A stretch of DNA of 64,000 nt from a virus. The stretch lies in IMG/VR virus record IMGVR_UViG_3300027906_000002, positions 64,001-128,000 of that record; one strand, given 5' to 3'. The position numbers were made by a program, and so were the translations under genes. Of this stretch, positions 33,301 to 37,547 are shown in pieces. The notes beneath the pieces are model-generated. The model was not told the origin of the DNA. It saw nothing but the letters and a program-made list of their open reading frames with translations, and searched no databases. Every line of letters starts with the position of its first letter. The first letter of the stretch is position 1.

Positions 33301-36300
33301 AGTGTTAACTATTGGTTCTCATACCTTAGTTAAAGGTAGAATGATAAGAATCGCAACTGATGGATTAACATTCACTTGTGCTCTTGCTGGTGGTAACCAC
33401 ACATATCCTAGAATTACAGACCCTGTATATCTACAGAATATTGAGATTACTGATGTAACAGCTACCACAATTACTGTTAATGTTGGAATTTCTTCTAACA
33501 CTTCATTACATACATTCGTATCTTCTGTTACTGATTCAGTAACTGCTCCTGGAGATTGTACAAACGTTACTACTGCTATTGATAACTTAGTAACTATTGC
33601 AAACGATATCATTGCTCCTACAAATGCTGATTTTGCAATTGCTGCTGATAGACTTTACTTTAATAGAGATGGTATTGCGGATGAGATTACTGCTCTAACA
33701 CGAGTAGAGTTTACTTACATGTTAGATACCTCTCAACAGTTTGCATTCTCTTATCCAGAACCAGGTGGAGAAACTACATGTGCTAGAGACTTGAAACTCA
33801 TTATATTGGGTATTATTTCTGACTTGCAGACTGGTGGTAATAATAGTACTGTTGCTGCAATGGAATACTACTTATCTTCTGCGATGCAAGTCATTAACGT
33901 TGAAGATGAACTTCTAGCAACAGTTTATGCTATAGAGCAATTAGGATGGTTATGTGAGCATGCTGCTAAAGGTGAGTTAAGAGTTAAAGGTGGATCATCA
34001 GTTCCTCCTCTTTATGCTTACCTACATTCAGCTGATACTCCATATAGTGATAGTGAAACACCTACTGATATGTCAGTAGTTGGAACTAGAATTAAAGAAT
34101 TGGTTAATACCGCAATTAATATTCTCGTTCCAGGTAAGAGACCTATGAGAGGTGCTGCTAAGAACTTAATTTTCAATAGAGGATACTATAAAGAAGAAAT
34201 TACAACTCTAGTTAATGCACAGTTTGGTACTAATACTTGGTTATACAATGATTGGGTTGATAGTATTATTACTAACATGAGTCACGATTTGTTAACTACA
34301 GATATTAGTGATTCTATTATTGCTCATGATATATCAATTGAAAGTGTTATTGGAAGATTTGAAGTTGGTGAATTAATCACTTCAGATAAAGGAACTGCTA
34401 AAGTTTTAGAATATAATTCAGAAACTAACTTATTAATTGTTGGTGAATTTGTGGGAACTCCTTGGGGATCTAATACTTCATTAACTGGAACAAAATCTAG
34501 TGCATTAGCAACTGTTTCTGTCAATGGTGTTGGTAGTAGTTACACTTGGTTTAATTCACCAGGTAATGTAAGGACAATAAATTTTGCTAAAAATATTACA
34601 TCAAATATTTCTGGTCAAGTTTCTGGTATTAACTTATTCACAAATCCAGAATTGTTTGTACCTAATTGGACAGGTACTGGAGTTGGATTTAGTGATAACT
34701 TTACAGTTGCACCAGACAATACCAGTACTGCAACTAAATTAATTTCTAGTAATACTGGTGGTGAGCATACTGTTGATAGATTATATAACTTAACTGCATT
34801 TGATACATGGGATGATGGTGGTATTACGTTTGACGATACTACAAATAGTTTTGATGAAGGTGGTTCTGGTACTGGTGATGATCAGCAATATACATTCTCA
34901 TGCTTCTTTAAGAAGGCAGAATATGAGCAAGTAAGATTCCATATCATACTTGATGATGGAACTGCTGGAGAACAAAGTATATTCTTTGATCTTAATATGA
35001 ATACTGGTAACACAGGTACTTTGTTTATACCTCAAGGTGGTATATCAGGTGATGCTTATGGTGCTGTTCCTTATGGTGGCGGTTGGTATAGAGCATATGT
35101 TACAACAACATTCTCATTTGGATTTACTGAACTTAAGGCTAGAATTAACGTAGCAAATGAAAATAATCAGATATCATATACTGGTGATGGGAGTAAGGGT
35201 GTTTATGCTTGGGGTTCAAAACTTTCTAAGGGTACGTTAGATCCATATACTTCTGCTTCTGATGGAATATTCTATGCTGATGGTGAGTTTAATATTAAGA
35301 GATACGCATTAGATAGATTGGAAGAATATATCATTGCTGCAATGACTGATGGTCTTACAAGTCCATCTCCTGAAGCAGGATATTTAAAATTCTTCTCTGC
35401 TGATGCTGCTGGATATTATGATATTAGATCTGTAAGTAGAGTTGTACGTGATAATCTTAAATTACTCAGTGAGCAATTAGCAGTTGATACTTATTATACT
35501 ACTGTTACAGTTAACAATGGAATTACAATTCCTACTTACACATATGGTACTAGAGAATTGCCAGTTGGATTAGGTGGTGGATTAAAACCTTCGGATTACT
35601 TATATGGTACTGCTAGTGATAGTTACGCTGAATTAGAAACTATTGTTCCTAACAAAGGTGAGATTGTTAAGATCTATCAGAGATTCCGTTTTGATGGTGA
35701 TGTGGTTGATGGTCCTTGGGTCATGAACGAGACAGTTGCTAAGAATGGTGACGCAACCGTTACTGGTGTTATATACGCAATTCATGAGGATGAGAACTTT
35801 AGTTACATGGATATTGAAGTTACTGGTAATCCTTGGGCTATCACTGATTATGTTGTTGGTTCTACAAATAACACAACAGCACAGATTAGTTTGATAGAGG
35901 ATCGTATACAAATTATCGATCTTGATGGTGAGTTTGATGCAACAGTACCATTTAAAGGATATACCAGTGGCGGTACTGCTACTCCTACTAGCTTCCTTAG
36001 AAATGAGGCTGCTATACTTAATAATACTGGTGGTACTTTAACGGTTGATACTGAGACTCTTGTTGGTTCATTTGAAAAAACTTCTGTTGTTTATCCAGAA
36101 ACTTCCAGACAATTTGTTACTGTAAGTAAATATAATGGTTTAGATGTTGGTGTTGGTGACAGAATCGCATCAAATGGATATGTCAGAATTGGTATTTCTA
36201 TTATTAGTGATCTAAATCAATTTAGTGTTGGTAACAGACTTTATAAAGTTGTTGGTGGTGTTGCTGATCAAAATAATTATGCAATTATTACTGAGGTTGA

Positions 36301-37525
36301 TATAGATAACAACTTCCTTTATATCGCTGATTACCAAGGAGATAATCTTACAAATGGTGATCTCGTAGGTGACTATGGTCTTGGTGGTAACTTCCCTGTA
36401 GGTTACGCATCAGTAATTACTAGAGTTGAAACTCCTGGTGCTGGTGCTGCATTAGTACAAGACATACGTCCAGATGGTCAGTACAAGAGATTGTATTTAA
36501 GTGATATTATAGGATCATTTGATCTTAAGGATTCTGTTATTGGACCTGGAGATTATAAGGCAGCAGTTCAAGCTAAAGTTGATCTTAATGCACGTGTTAA
36601 GAGAGCATTCAAAGGATTTGATGGAGTACAAGATACATTCAATCTAACGATTGATAATGGTGTTAATTACCTCCCAGATCCTGAAGGACATCTTCTTGTA
36701 TACGTCAATGGTATTCTACAACCTCCAGGTGGTACTAACGCATATACAGCGTTCTCTAACCAGATTCAATTCACTGAAGCACCAGAGATAGGTGCATCAT
36801 TCACAGGATTCTACGTTGGTAAGTTAAGACAGTTAGATGATATCTCCTTCGAGTTTGACTCTTTACGTCAGTCATTCAACCTTAAGCGTAATGATGTATT
36901 CTACTCACTAACGCTAACAGAAGGTGTCCAGTCTTCTACAATACGTCCAGAAAATAATATTATTGTTTCACTTAACGGTGTTGTACAGGAGCCAGGCGTA
37001 GGTTTCGAGATCGTTGGTTCTAGAATAATCTTCTCTGAGATTCCTCGTGTGGGATCAACATTCGTTGCCTTCTCCTACGTTGGTTCTGAGGCAGACGTTG
37101 ATGCTGCTGAGGTCGTACCACCTATCGAACCAGGTGACTTTATTGACATCCAAGGTGAGACCGCAGACAGAGAAGTTGCTGTTATTGAGTCTTCCAACTC
37201 TCTAATTACTTTCGACTATCTTGGTTCTGTATTCGGACAAAATGCTAAGGCATCTGCAAATCTAACTGCAGGGTTTATTAATGATGTTCAGGTAACATCT
37301 GGTGGTTCTGGATATACAGCTAGACCGAATGTTAGAATCGATTCTATATCTGGATTTGATGGAAACATCAGAGCATTGATCGGGGTTGCAGGTGTTGAAA
37401 TGAATAATGCTGGATCTGGATATAAGGATCCAAAAATTGAAGTTGAAACAACTGTTCCTCTTGATTGGAATGCACCTAATCTTGCAGATTATGGTGAAGA
37501 AGAGGTAGACCCCGAAACACCATAA
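12341..37525 (+). CDS. gp7: Giant baseplate wedge initiator gp7-like protein (8394 aa)
   Basis: Follows gp6; N-terminal PDFIEQDYPLFNKFIEYYY and IKDFYASKGT..LFKLLYGE gp7-like motifs; also carries YHYH, propeller-like, LamG-like and repeat domains in one uninterrupted 25,185-nt ORF. Confidence 0.85.
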   Translation: MANTNKVSQSVKSLTPDFIEQDYPLFNKFIEYYYRSQEKTGLGQNIVNNFLQYLDIDKLDVGILDGATKIVEAINETDDKIIVESVDTFLEKNGSLLIGDEVIYYEKTTSSPNIALSPGISYEQVQLKWTGLASPLALFDGSKQRFPLTSQDNPIAPPSAQHLIVKVYGELQIPLLDFTVDGTDIVFTEAPRAKLDADDTSSTTVTYMSGFVESPIVQIDNISNSFGDDKRQFTITRNNERYEPVIDEYVYAIYDNQLLIPKEEFYIDHDQFIFKNAPLNGRYLELFAVEAPIPSFGADAVGYARIDNDGSLTGISTNINGSNYRYEYPPKVSVNSLTGSGASATALVNGVKEVQLLSGGKGYSDTNPPTVVVQDPTKPGAKTSQIKATVTNGEVSSLEVLNSGNGYTFTPRLTFQQPGGAKIGVPYIVGGSISGTVEVLEKGFGYTTVPEIYVDEPTGEDGIKASLQAVLVDGQIQSINILNAGQGYETVPRMMIKDPVGAQVLETRVDGDGRVVSIELLSGGSGYDDVPSVYILDDRTDGTGAYAGGTGATAVASIFNGRIIDINIVNFGRDYSAANPPTIFIQDPPSAEASANVGLNQVTGFIVNQAGSGYTKAQFEGCARAASGITAYTEDGNAVFTNDTAATSAAIDTPVKCLDQLFVKRLLDKYTEQFLPDVPSLDYTKIDVRNAIKSIKDFYASKGTSFSIAYLFKLLYGETVSISYPKDQIIKPSNATWSIDTILRASLESGDPVNIKDGLITQEADIADSNVQAASALVENFISIKTSELEIFELVLSEETINGTFTVPYKTRLGEPLTVDDSIITVDSTIGWPERNGEFVIGGTEVVQYKEKSLNQFIECTRSVNGVVEDWDSATEVKSNFRIYINKGTLQEVVMNIVGIVDAQQTTLTDTGSYYLPGDKLTVSKLGGTGINPDLTTWLYNVKKLIEVTSITYGGVNDQSATVTCANPHGLLVGDQVTIYGANPIIYNGSSLVTSRDGEYIFQYNLPQPATVEPQGNILVSIDLNKGKSLNTAIFNAISPYTTNVQNSFFNDQYVYVAATGIPNYEIGPFPGSALLPGNQRKLNRFPKVAQTISTKDIINPGPIGTWVNGVSIWSYKSDLSKTFGAVTGIDILNVGKDYDAASPPAITISGGGGANATAEVTVDGSISEITVTDGGSGYTTSPLVSIVGGDGSGAAATAIITKGEVSRILINTGGTGYTSQPSITIVGGEGTGAQGTASVRGPIKSIDVTNGGNSYTSKPTISLSSGSGAVAQAIVNNGRIISIAIISAGQGYTTAPEVTIQGDGFGAIARATIDVDGENAGRVTGIEIVNRGINYLQGTTVINLTSVGQDALFESNVFEWTYNLESTSIFDDARGGVFTGYNNEYGGEYAHLSNPQRMRYILGDNLYKDAYGKTLEKEDQLGHSPIIGWAFDGNPIYGPYGYTDPTDQGSAVIRLSTSFRLQESLVFDATTNPYPIRNDGPLLTDVDTDGDYLYPAGKFVEDYEYVFGLGDLDQYNGRFCKTPDYPEGRYCYFVTIDATEDGNALFPYVIGPSYNSVVDTWNLSTSAVQQNIPSGVVRYRDPYENVDIDVSRTPNASTAALTTEDGDVLMFEVEDVNRDGVITADETENPAEMFEESPLQLFDYFPKVKFDSKVDIEVETITKFEDASVTGFTIENPGKNYQVDDILTFDNSGTDGAGVSARISRIKGEAIDSYSFENVNGLNYGVLDTNVPHNLVTGDEVYVDYTPIMNNTNKSFVVRQIKGIESIVIDQAGSGYDEEIPPTIIIDGDGTAGKLEAVVTSVGSIDTVNIINSGSNYTTSPRVILSHPQIFKKADYYVTTISNNNYVCVNDVYVNDEKETFYCGKTKDATGNTVAFISKYSALGVKEWERTLESTVGQYYTEYQKIYVNKNAYTNDEIWVVGNNRPNANLLDVYNPDIILCKYTQSVDGLDATLDFQKGYAGISGANRADYVTCIEKYSDIRYVIGGYTNTNSLNPDDAFIASIDTTGNFAVKRKIASGTLSERLTDMLIIGDNVYFTMETASGPDSKDINLAFGKATIGINAITIDWIKELSNTVYSFLNTSLTIDEFNEFYVTATCRLKSDDTTKDSFWVGKLNAEGNVIWNYRYLATGRELTLVDKAVIDIFGDLNVAYTKDDQVTRKTTVGTVKIGYDGTMKKHSTSEFNKKQIEGITANAMDVDVSGDVYVYGQTQWNRNEFILDFADGGAPLTDLSAHYTITDQSANNSIRYLNGVAKIDGCNVPANTQTTWENGHIKASSSELGTTLDGDFTIQMMVYIDGDSGLPFSLSQNLMTLCQIGSSQDATGGLWLGFGTGRGLDLTIANSSTQIVNATAISSASSVMLNNTWISVAITKSGNLFSSYVNGVLVASGTISNTSFAGKDLYFGVGPGFGAGVNDFDKDTQGQFFLDDIKLKNRAVTPTSPSDINGLPQASQFGFGYSWTDTAWFAAQTRRYEYDDYIGFGLKIDKNADSERLGDQGLQTNTQIGFARTNIDVVPGSPLTIGSTGFELAEAGFQSLDFDDATTTMSQDTETLTYAADVWSARTSTVPSPGSQKLRVSAVVKDRYYIKPTSTTVINNIQELTLNQAFDFTVGAKLVLQNPNGTFINSGYIIKKDNSVNKIYLAIIHNAWTDDLDNGELVTQQFSEQDSYGIIGPLPNDINEIKNYVFTEINNTTPGTFDIDLATFDAPSDIGGTNNLDDFAKLKEFDVNDYSIRIDEVSGGSTYIPGSVVDITSSDITFNTAYSTCQITNLAGVLKITLTANLTKIIQVSSVANTDEVYCITSTSHYLHTGEMIYIDGNPSQESGGTTYDEYDGAFPVDSVISPLEFTYKLNQAAVTSPSASAAAVSVYVKSPVLKMYYGHQYLFDLSHSSMVGGNLSFAKDNLYKLEYSFNSIERIGIPGVTGQGQPTPTVKLKIDEDIVTNISYYFDPSRTGADSPVIEGSYLDVTDSPYKGIFTISSTAGATITEGADIFKFLLANEPEGNANVNQTTYSTSSLKAVGSIADVRIVNAGGFYTKLPIVTDIQSTRNIERVQINEPGTEYAIGVYNSVPIQGDGEGGLVSILVNDGADEDGITIPGQIQEVVVTSPGKAYTTAYVDIEGIPGILGPGLQGSGAELTVVIPPFGTEASIFTRGDKVGKIKKLKNNNFGYDYPHDYTLRPEITFPINAQLTSTSILESITVTNPGSGYSLAPAVIIQGGGGYGAQAEASIKNGRLDNIVVKDPGAGYSSTPQVSLRSSFNYVVNLDLGLLQFAYPHGIPNGAELSLAVTDTGDGADFPLSAGATGRLNGNTTYYAISGSANSLEDDQLKIAITEANAELGDGLTFVNAGDGRQSVLTESFGGAAEANVITSTFLEGELVYQGETLEVATATGYVSTNSGWQVGPRILKIVNHDGLFAENERITGVISKSSGIISDLKVARGVLDIGSITKTTGQFIDDVGKPSEIIQKIQDSYYYQDFSYAVKSAVSISEWKEILIRNVHPASFKVFGELNLNEYGQIPNKETFFQLTKSVELAQEAVVPNIQSFALVEPIYSEFNNTEVLFRQKRLTSSENILTSVVQRVDNIDHLFDGERIAFPLTVEGGTVVANANQLMIVLNGIVQNPNTAFQIQGDSIVFSEPPSPPASVKYANLTISQIQTYDLTWNNQSGIYPLIGNSLVGTSSQARLIVTSVTGDIISGYMDEGTFILGELCTVSATGFSGNLVDITAVSNIGLYTYGETVTNLQGDTAKVEQINLETGAETPVCDLRYAIGPSTTEFEVVPVDGTGPLPVGTIDVAENDGFRIGAEIMEVLTVVDGAESTTITVVRGVLGTQATAQQEGSPMYSTDINVTEALTLSKTAGTYQSTPGLYNIQLNDVIIGAKSGTVSRVTTASVYQDPVTGEFIGQVDISPGSSFFGLLFNRITSTSYPNVVIDDISKSQISVVDFDDNATAYNTNFPSNEIVSNYVIPYSNAVGTLQIGEDIRNYKIEYGNNTGEFTAGEDGRVRKISMYDKEGEGFFNAGQIIRTRDTKAEVIGYNQARGIVYLGKIGRSLPDGQDYFEFDFANDAAISNTQKKFGSTSLQLDGTGDYIGVASTSEIAFGTGEYTIEFWCRPDTAALAGLAEIYDTRTADPEISGRIYLNGAQIRYNVNGSDIVTSGATVIPTNNTWYHIAVSRSGSTVKLFLDGVEVGSATDNSTYVARPIRIGATYSATNAFAGYIDEFRISSVARYTGAFNPPAGIHQGDVDTKVLLHFDSTNGDKFVDDWSGGESFSNAEYFNNDPIVASRRYIGDHNYVGGTVSGAVIIQQGIISKDVTDATYNGSTGDLVLTIGSHSYTTSNTIKIAHNSLTFTCDMDNNATQHTYPRITDPVYDTAIAITAVTATTITVNVGVAIQQGFAKNSHRYNNAGQLILKNLEFIAKEVVYMINHRFPNFTVIGGDANCEDDVKDICRSIVADMRNGGNDKTWLATSYYIDRADTANVKLLNIETEVRETIWAYNKLDQMLEFIVTNSEWKPVGDHGLKQYTDTSITDSSTTSFTYKTPTGATYDADTGDLTLTDVGHGLVGRRAVTVEAGTSYNAETGILSVTSASHLFQNGDKVMLEKESLTFTCDMDGHKTEHKYPRASDPALAGWLTVSNSQTNTFDLDVGKSPLLVFNPTGGSYDASTGHMKLQIGDNILTPGTNIKVAPNSIYFKCTSDGLQAVKKYPRTTDPIAGKPTPIAYDGEQLSASFANYTPTTGVMRITAGKTFTPLDATYNAVNGMMNLTIPDHGMVAGDTVRLEDGAITFTCGMDDHYSTHAYPRTTDPKRGLQLSITNVQTHSFSVNVGISPKVQLTPNNGSYDPSTGLMTLEFNTAHGLTAGTSIKIAKESLTFSCGFGGASGDAAKKSYPRSTDPFYDTAVKIESATTNAITVKILENVPSTNTDTHTWVGATTGCIHTGGDYEHIFHSALTNGVVWNKHGLVNGDRIKIATNSLTFTCQLDNQITEHSYPRATDPYNGRWLAVSNVGANTFDVNVGISPDTSSHIFKSAYLNGITKRDGSITLDVGKSPRVGYDVAGATYDPLTGDMVLNVGIHNLLENQTIQIADNGLSFTCAMDGNATTHSYPRLTDPSRKHALNITDVGETSKTVSGASYTPASGQMSLTVTGHNLTPATTHTPTNAVYNPATGELELTIVGHSFDNGDRILLDDDCLTFTCAKDNHQSQHTYPRASDPSSMKWLSVQNVHVDRFTVNISKSTDISEHRFISATSTCLKRAKDSVKFDDDSITFRCDLDSQATDHTYPRVSDPVHQQWIPITSSPDANTIVLNVGKSSDTSTHVYQTATSGGLKAQTGYITVNVGKSPTVSHNPSSVTYTPGNGSMAMSIGNHYLRGGSQHTATTASYEASTGIMTLSVANHGFSVGDYIKIAENSITFTCTMNGNATNKQYPRSTDPSFNKWLAIVGITTDTFQVNVGASPLVKHNVTTATYDPATGLIEATIGSHTLEVGEPVMLKDYGFSFTCGLDGDTISKLYPRETGFIQNAGVADPAWRTPVVITAKSATTITFNVGTSSDVTAHNWTGGTSSEAIVSGGDYDHTFVTASTNGVYRTNETVMIGEESMTFTCDFNGDGNTTEKKYPRASGSNAPGGADYAYNKPVPITSVGTNTHTPTLATYVPATGVMNIQLVNHGFALSTNHTVTDATFTATTGVMKLTVAGHGFQEGDRIKLGDGSLRFTCAKDGNASNHDYPRASDFASNRWLPIFNVSTNFFEVNIGNMFGPAAISHTTAHAFVSAVANGLTKANSCIKLAENALTFTCGKDSGASEHSYPRRTDPSFDEWLPLSNVLVDSFDVYIGKASDTSTHTFVSAVAGSLHSQTGVINLNVGISTDTTTHNYVAATKLTPTNAAYNPTTGVMTITVNDHNMANGEQVMIDDGAIKLSCAFGGASGGAAEKDYPRASDPASGRWLTVSNVSTNSFDVQVLDVVPSTNTDAHSFVSAVSNSITRGILRTGGNHSHTFAKARKNAVIAGGIYRHEFVSPSAYTVTDGAYNPTTGVMTLTIPNHGFESGDYIMMDDDSIVFNCSFGGSATDKSYPRSSDPISGKYVPIGNVTTDTFTIQVLDSTPSTNTDAHTFVSASTGGVHRAVLHTGGVYNHTFKSATINGIYNQGQAIEILPDALKFTCDMDGAETNHPYPRKTDPAYKSSLPITHYTADTFTVNVGSTTFGDNRNYTSYTPSFATYDPSTGILILTIEGHPLTSDDYITLDDNALKFTCLMDNNQTTKSYPRPGHDVRAARRKLKVLGTTVNTISLNVGAAQANQTFTPSDASYDAETGEMTLTIGQHGMRVGANVTIANGSLRFTCGMDGNTANKDYPRATDPYGDLKSIPITHVGHTHGTVTNAVYTPASGLMVLTVPAHGYSNGDYIQIADESLTLRCLLDGNSTDHSYPRSTDYPSGRWLPISNKTNDTFEVNVGVSPDTTTHVFQKAATKGIRRQSGVITVNVGKSPVKGYDVTDASFVPGTGALTVTIGNHSLTTGTAVRIANNSLVFRCDQDGQGSDHSYPRANGQGGASGNDPAWNTAVNITAVTPTSITLDVGTSSNTTTHVFQNANNTYSPTNASYNPSTGVMTLTLANHGFVNGEHVKISDGGLKFTCAHDDYATTHAYPRSTDPVSNKWIPISNVQTNTFDIQVLDVVPSTNITAHTFHSVVANCLTRSVITTGGDYTHTFVGNQGSNTVSYTPQASHTFVSCDAGAVKHQLTIHDFAQTTANGIKVLNYNTSDCTDVQTTIENLISIVTDTLDAALQNPPLDYLGSLVRYSPPHEFLGGRIYSYYEEEFPINWHDGTEDIMFTNQIGPAGKYRFVDAANLVQLNAGPIVDKASNDMLTLYPDLALDMPRNFDGSGAGTLQCKTDLALILQEFIKDLRDGGNFNTVNVAKRYLGSNDILLHIRLQAFQSAYAHERLAYYMKQAVNGDLTTGNTDKIVVGAWGITQSNSASFTPTGATYEPTTGDLVLTIGSHTLVKGRMIRIATDGLTFTCALAGGNHTYPRITDPVYLQNIEITDVTATTITVNVGISSNTSLHTFVSSVTDSVTAPGDCTNVTTAIDNLVTIANDIIAPTNADFAIAADRLYFNRDGIADEITALTRVEFTYMLDTSQQFAFSYPEPGGETTCARDLKLIILGIISDLQTGGNNSTVAAMEYYLSSAMQVINVEDELLATVYAIEQLGWLCEHAAKGELRVKGGSSVPPLYAYLHSADTPYSDSETPTDMSVVGTRIKELVNTAINILVPGKRPMRGAAKNLIFNRGYYKEEITTLVNAQFGTNTWLYNDWVDSIITNMSHDLLTTDISDSIIAHDISIESVIGRFEVGELITSDKGTAKVLEYNSETNLLIVGEFVGTPWGSNTSLTGTKSSALATVSVNGVGSSYTWFNSPGNVRTINFAKNITSNISGQVSGINLFTNPELFVPNWTGTGVGFSDNFTVAPDNTSTATKLISSNTGGEHTVDRLYNLTAFDTWDDGGITFDDTTNSFDEGGSGTGDDQQYTFSCFFKKAEYEQVRFHIILDDGTAGEQSIFFDLNMNTGNTGTLFIPQGGISGDAYGAVPYGGGWYRAYVTTTFSFGFTELKARINVANENNQISYTGDGSKGVYAWGSKLSKGTLDPYTSASDGIFYADGEFNIKRYALDRLEEYIIAAMTDGLTSPSPEAGYLKFFSADAAGYYDIRSVSRVVRDNLKLLSEQLAVDTYYTTVTVNNGITIPTYTYGTRELPVGLGGGLKPSDYLYGTASDSYAELETIVPNKGEIVKIYQRFRFDGDVVDGPWVMNETVAKNGDATVTGVIYAIHEDENFSYMDIEVTGNPWAITDYVVGSTNNTTAQISLIEDRIQIIDLDGEFDATVPFKGYTSGGTATPTSFLRNEAAILNNTGGTLTVDTETLVGSFEKTSVVYPETSRQFVTVSKYNGLDVGVGDRIASNGYVRIGISIISDLNQFSVGNRLYKVVGGVADQNNYAIITEVDIDNNFLYIADYQGDNLTNGDLVGDYGLGGNFPVGYASVITRVETPGAGAALVQDIRPDGQYKRLYLSDIIGSFDLKDSVIGPGDYKAAVQAKVDLNARVKRAFKGFDGVQDTFNLTIDNGVNYLPDPEGHLLVYVNGILQPPGGTNAYTAFSNQIQFTEAPEIGASFTGFYVGKLRQLDDISFEFDSLRQSFNLKRNDVFYSLTLTEGVQSSTIRPENNIIVSLNGVVQEPGVGFEIVGSRIIFSEIPRVGSTFVAFSYVGSEADVDAAEVVPPIEPGDFIDIQGETADREVAVIESSNSLITFDYLGSVFGQNAKASANLTAGFINDVQVTSGGSGYTARPNVRIDSISGFDGNIRALIGVAGVEMNNAGSGYKDPKIEVETTVPLDWNAPNLADYGEEEVDPETP
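25261..33540 (+). repeat. 23 copies of a ~70-110-aa module (YxxxTG..L.IxxHxxxxGDxIxIxxxxLTFTCxxDxxxxxHxYPRxxDP)
   Basis: Counted by the C...YPR core: one copy near 25.3-25.5 kb, 21 between about 25.95 and 32.56 kb, one near 33.3-33.5 kb; DNA mostly diverged. Confidence 0.9.
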
Positions 37526-37528
37526 ATA
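37522..37528 (+). promoter_or_regulatory. T4-like late promoter
   Basis: ATAAATA 20 nt upstream of ATG 37548; overlaps the gp7 stop. Confidence 0.6.
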
Positions 37529-37547
37529 ACTAAAAATGTAGCGAGTA

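Noticed and set aside
12341-37525. Intein, intron or homing endonuclease as the cause of the giant ORF
   Set aside because: No Hint splice motifs, LAGLIDADG, HNH or GIY-YIG signatures recognised; the extra length is explained by repeated structural modules.
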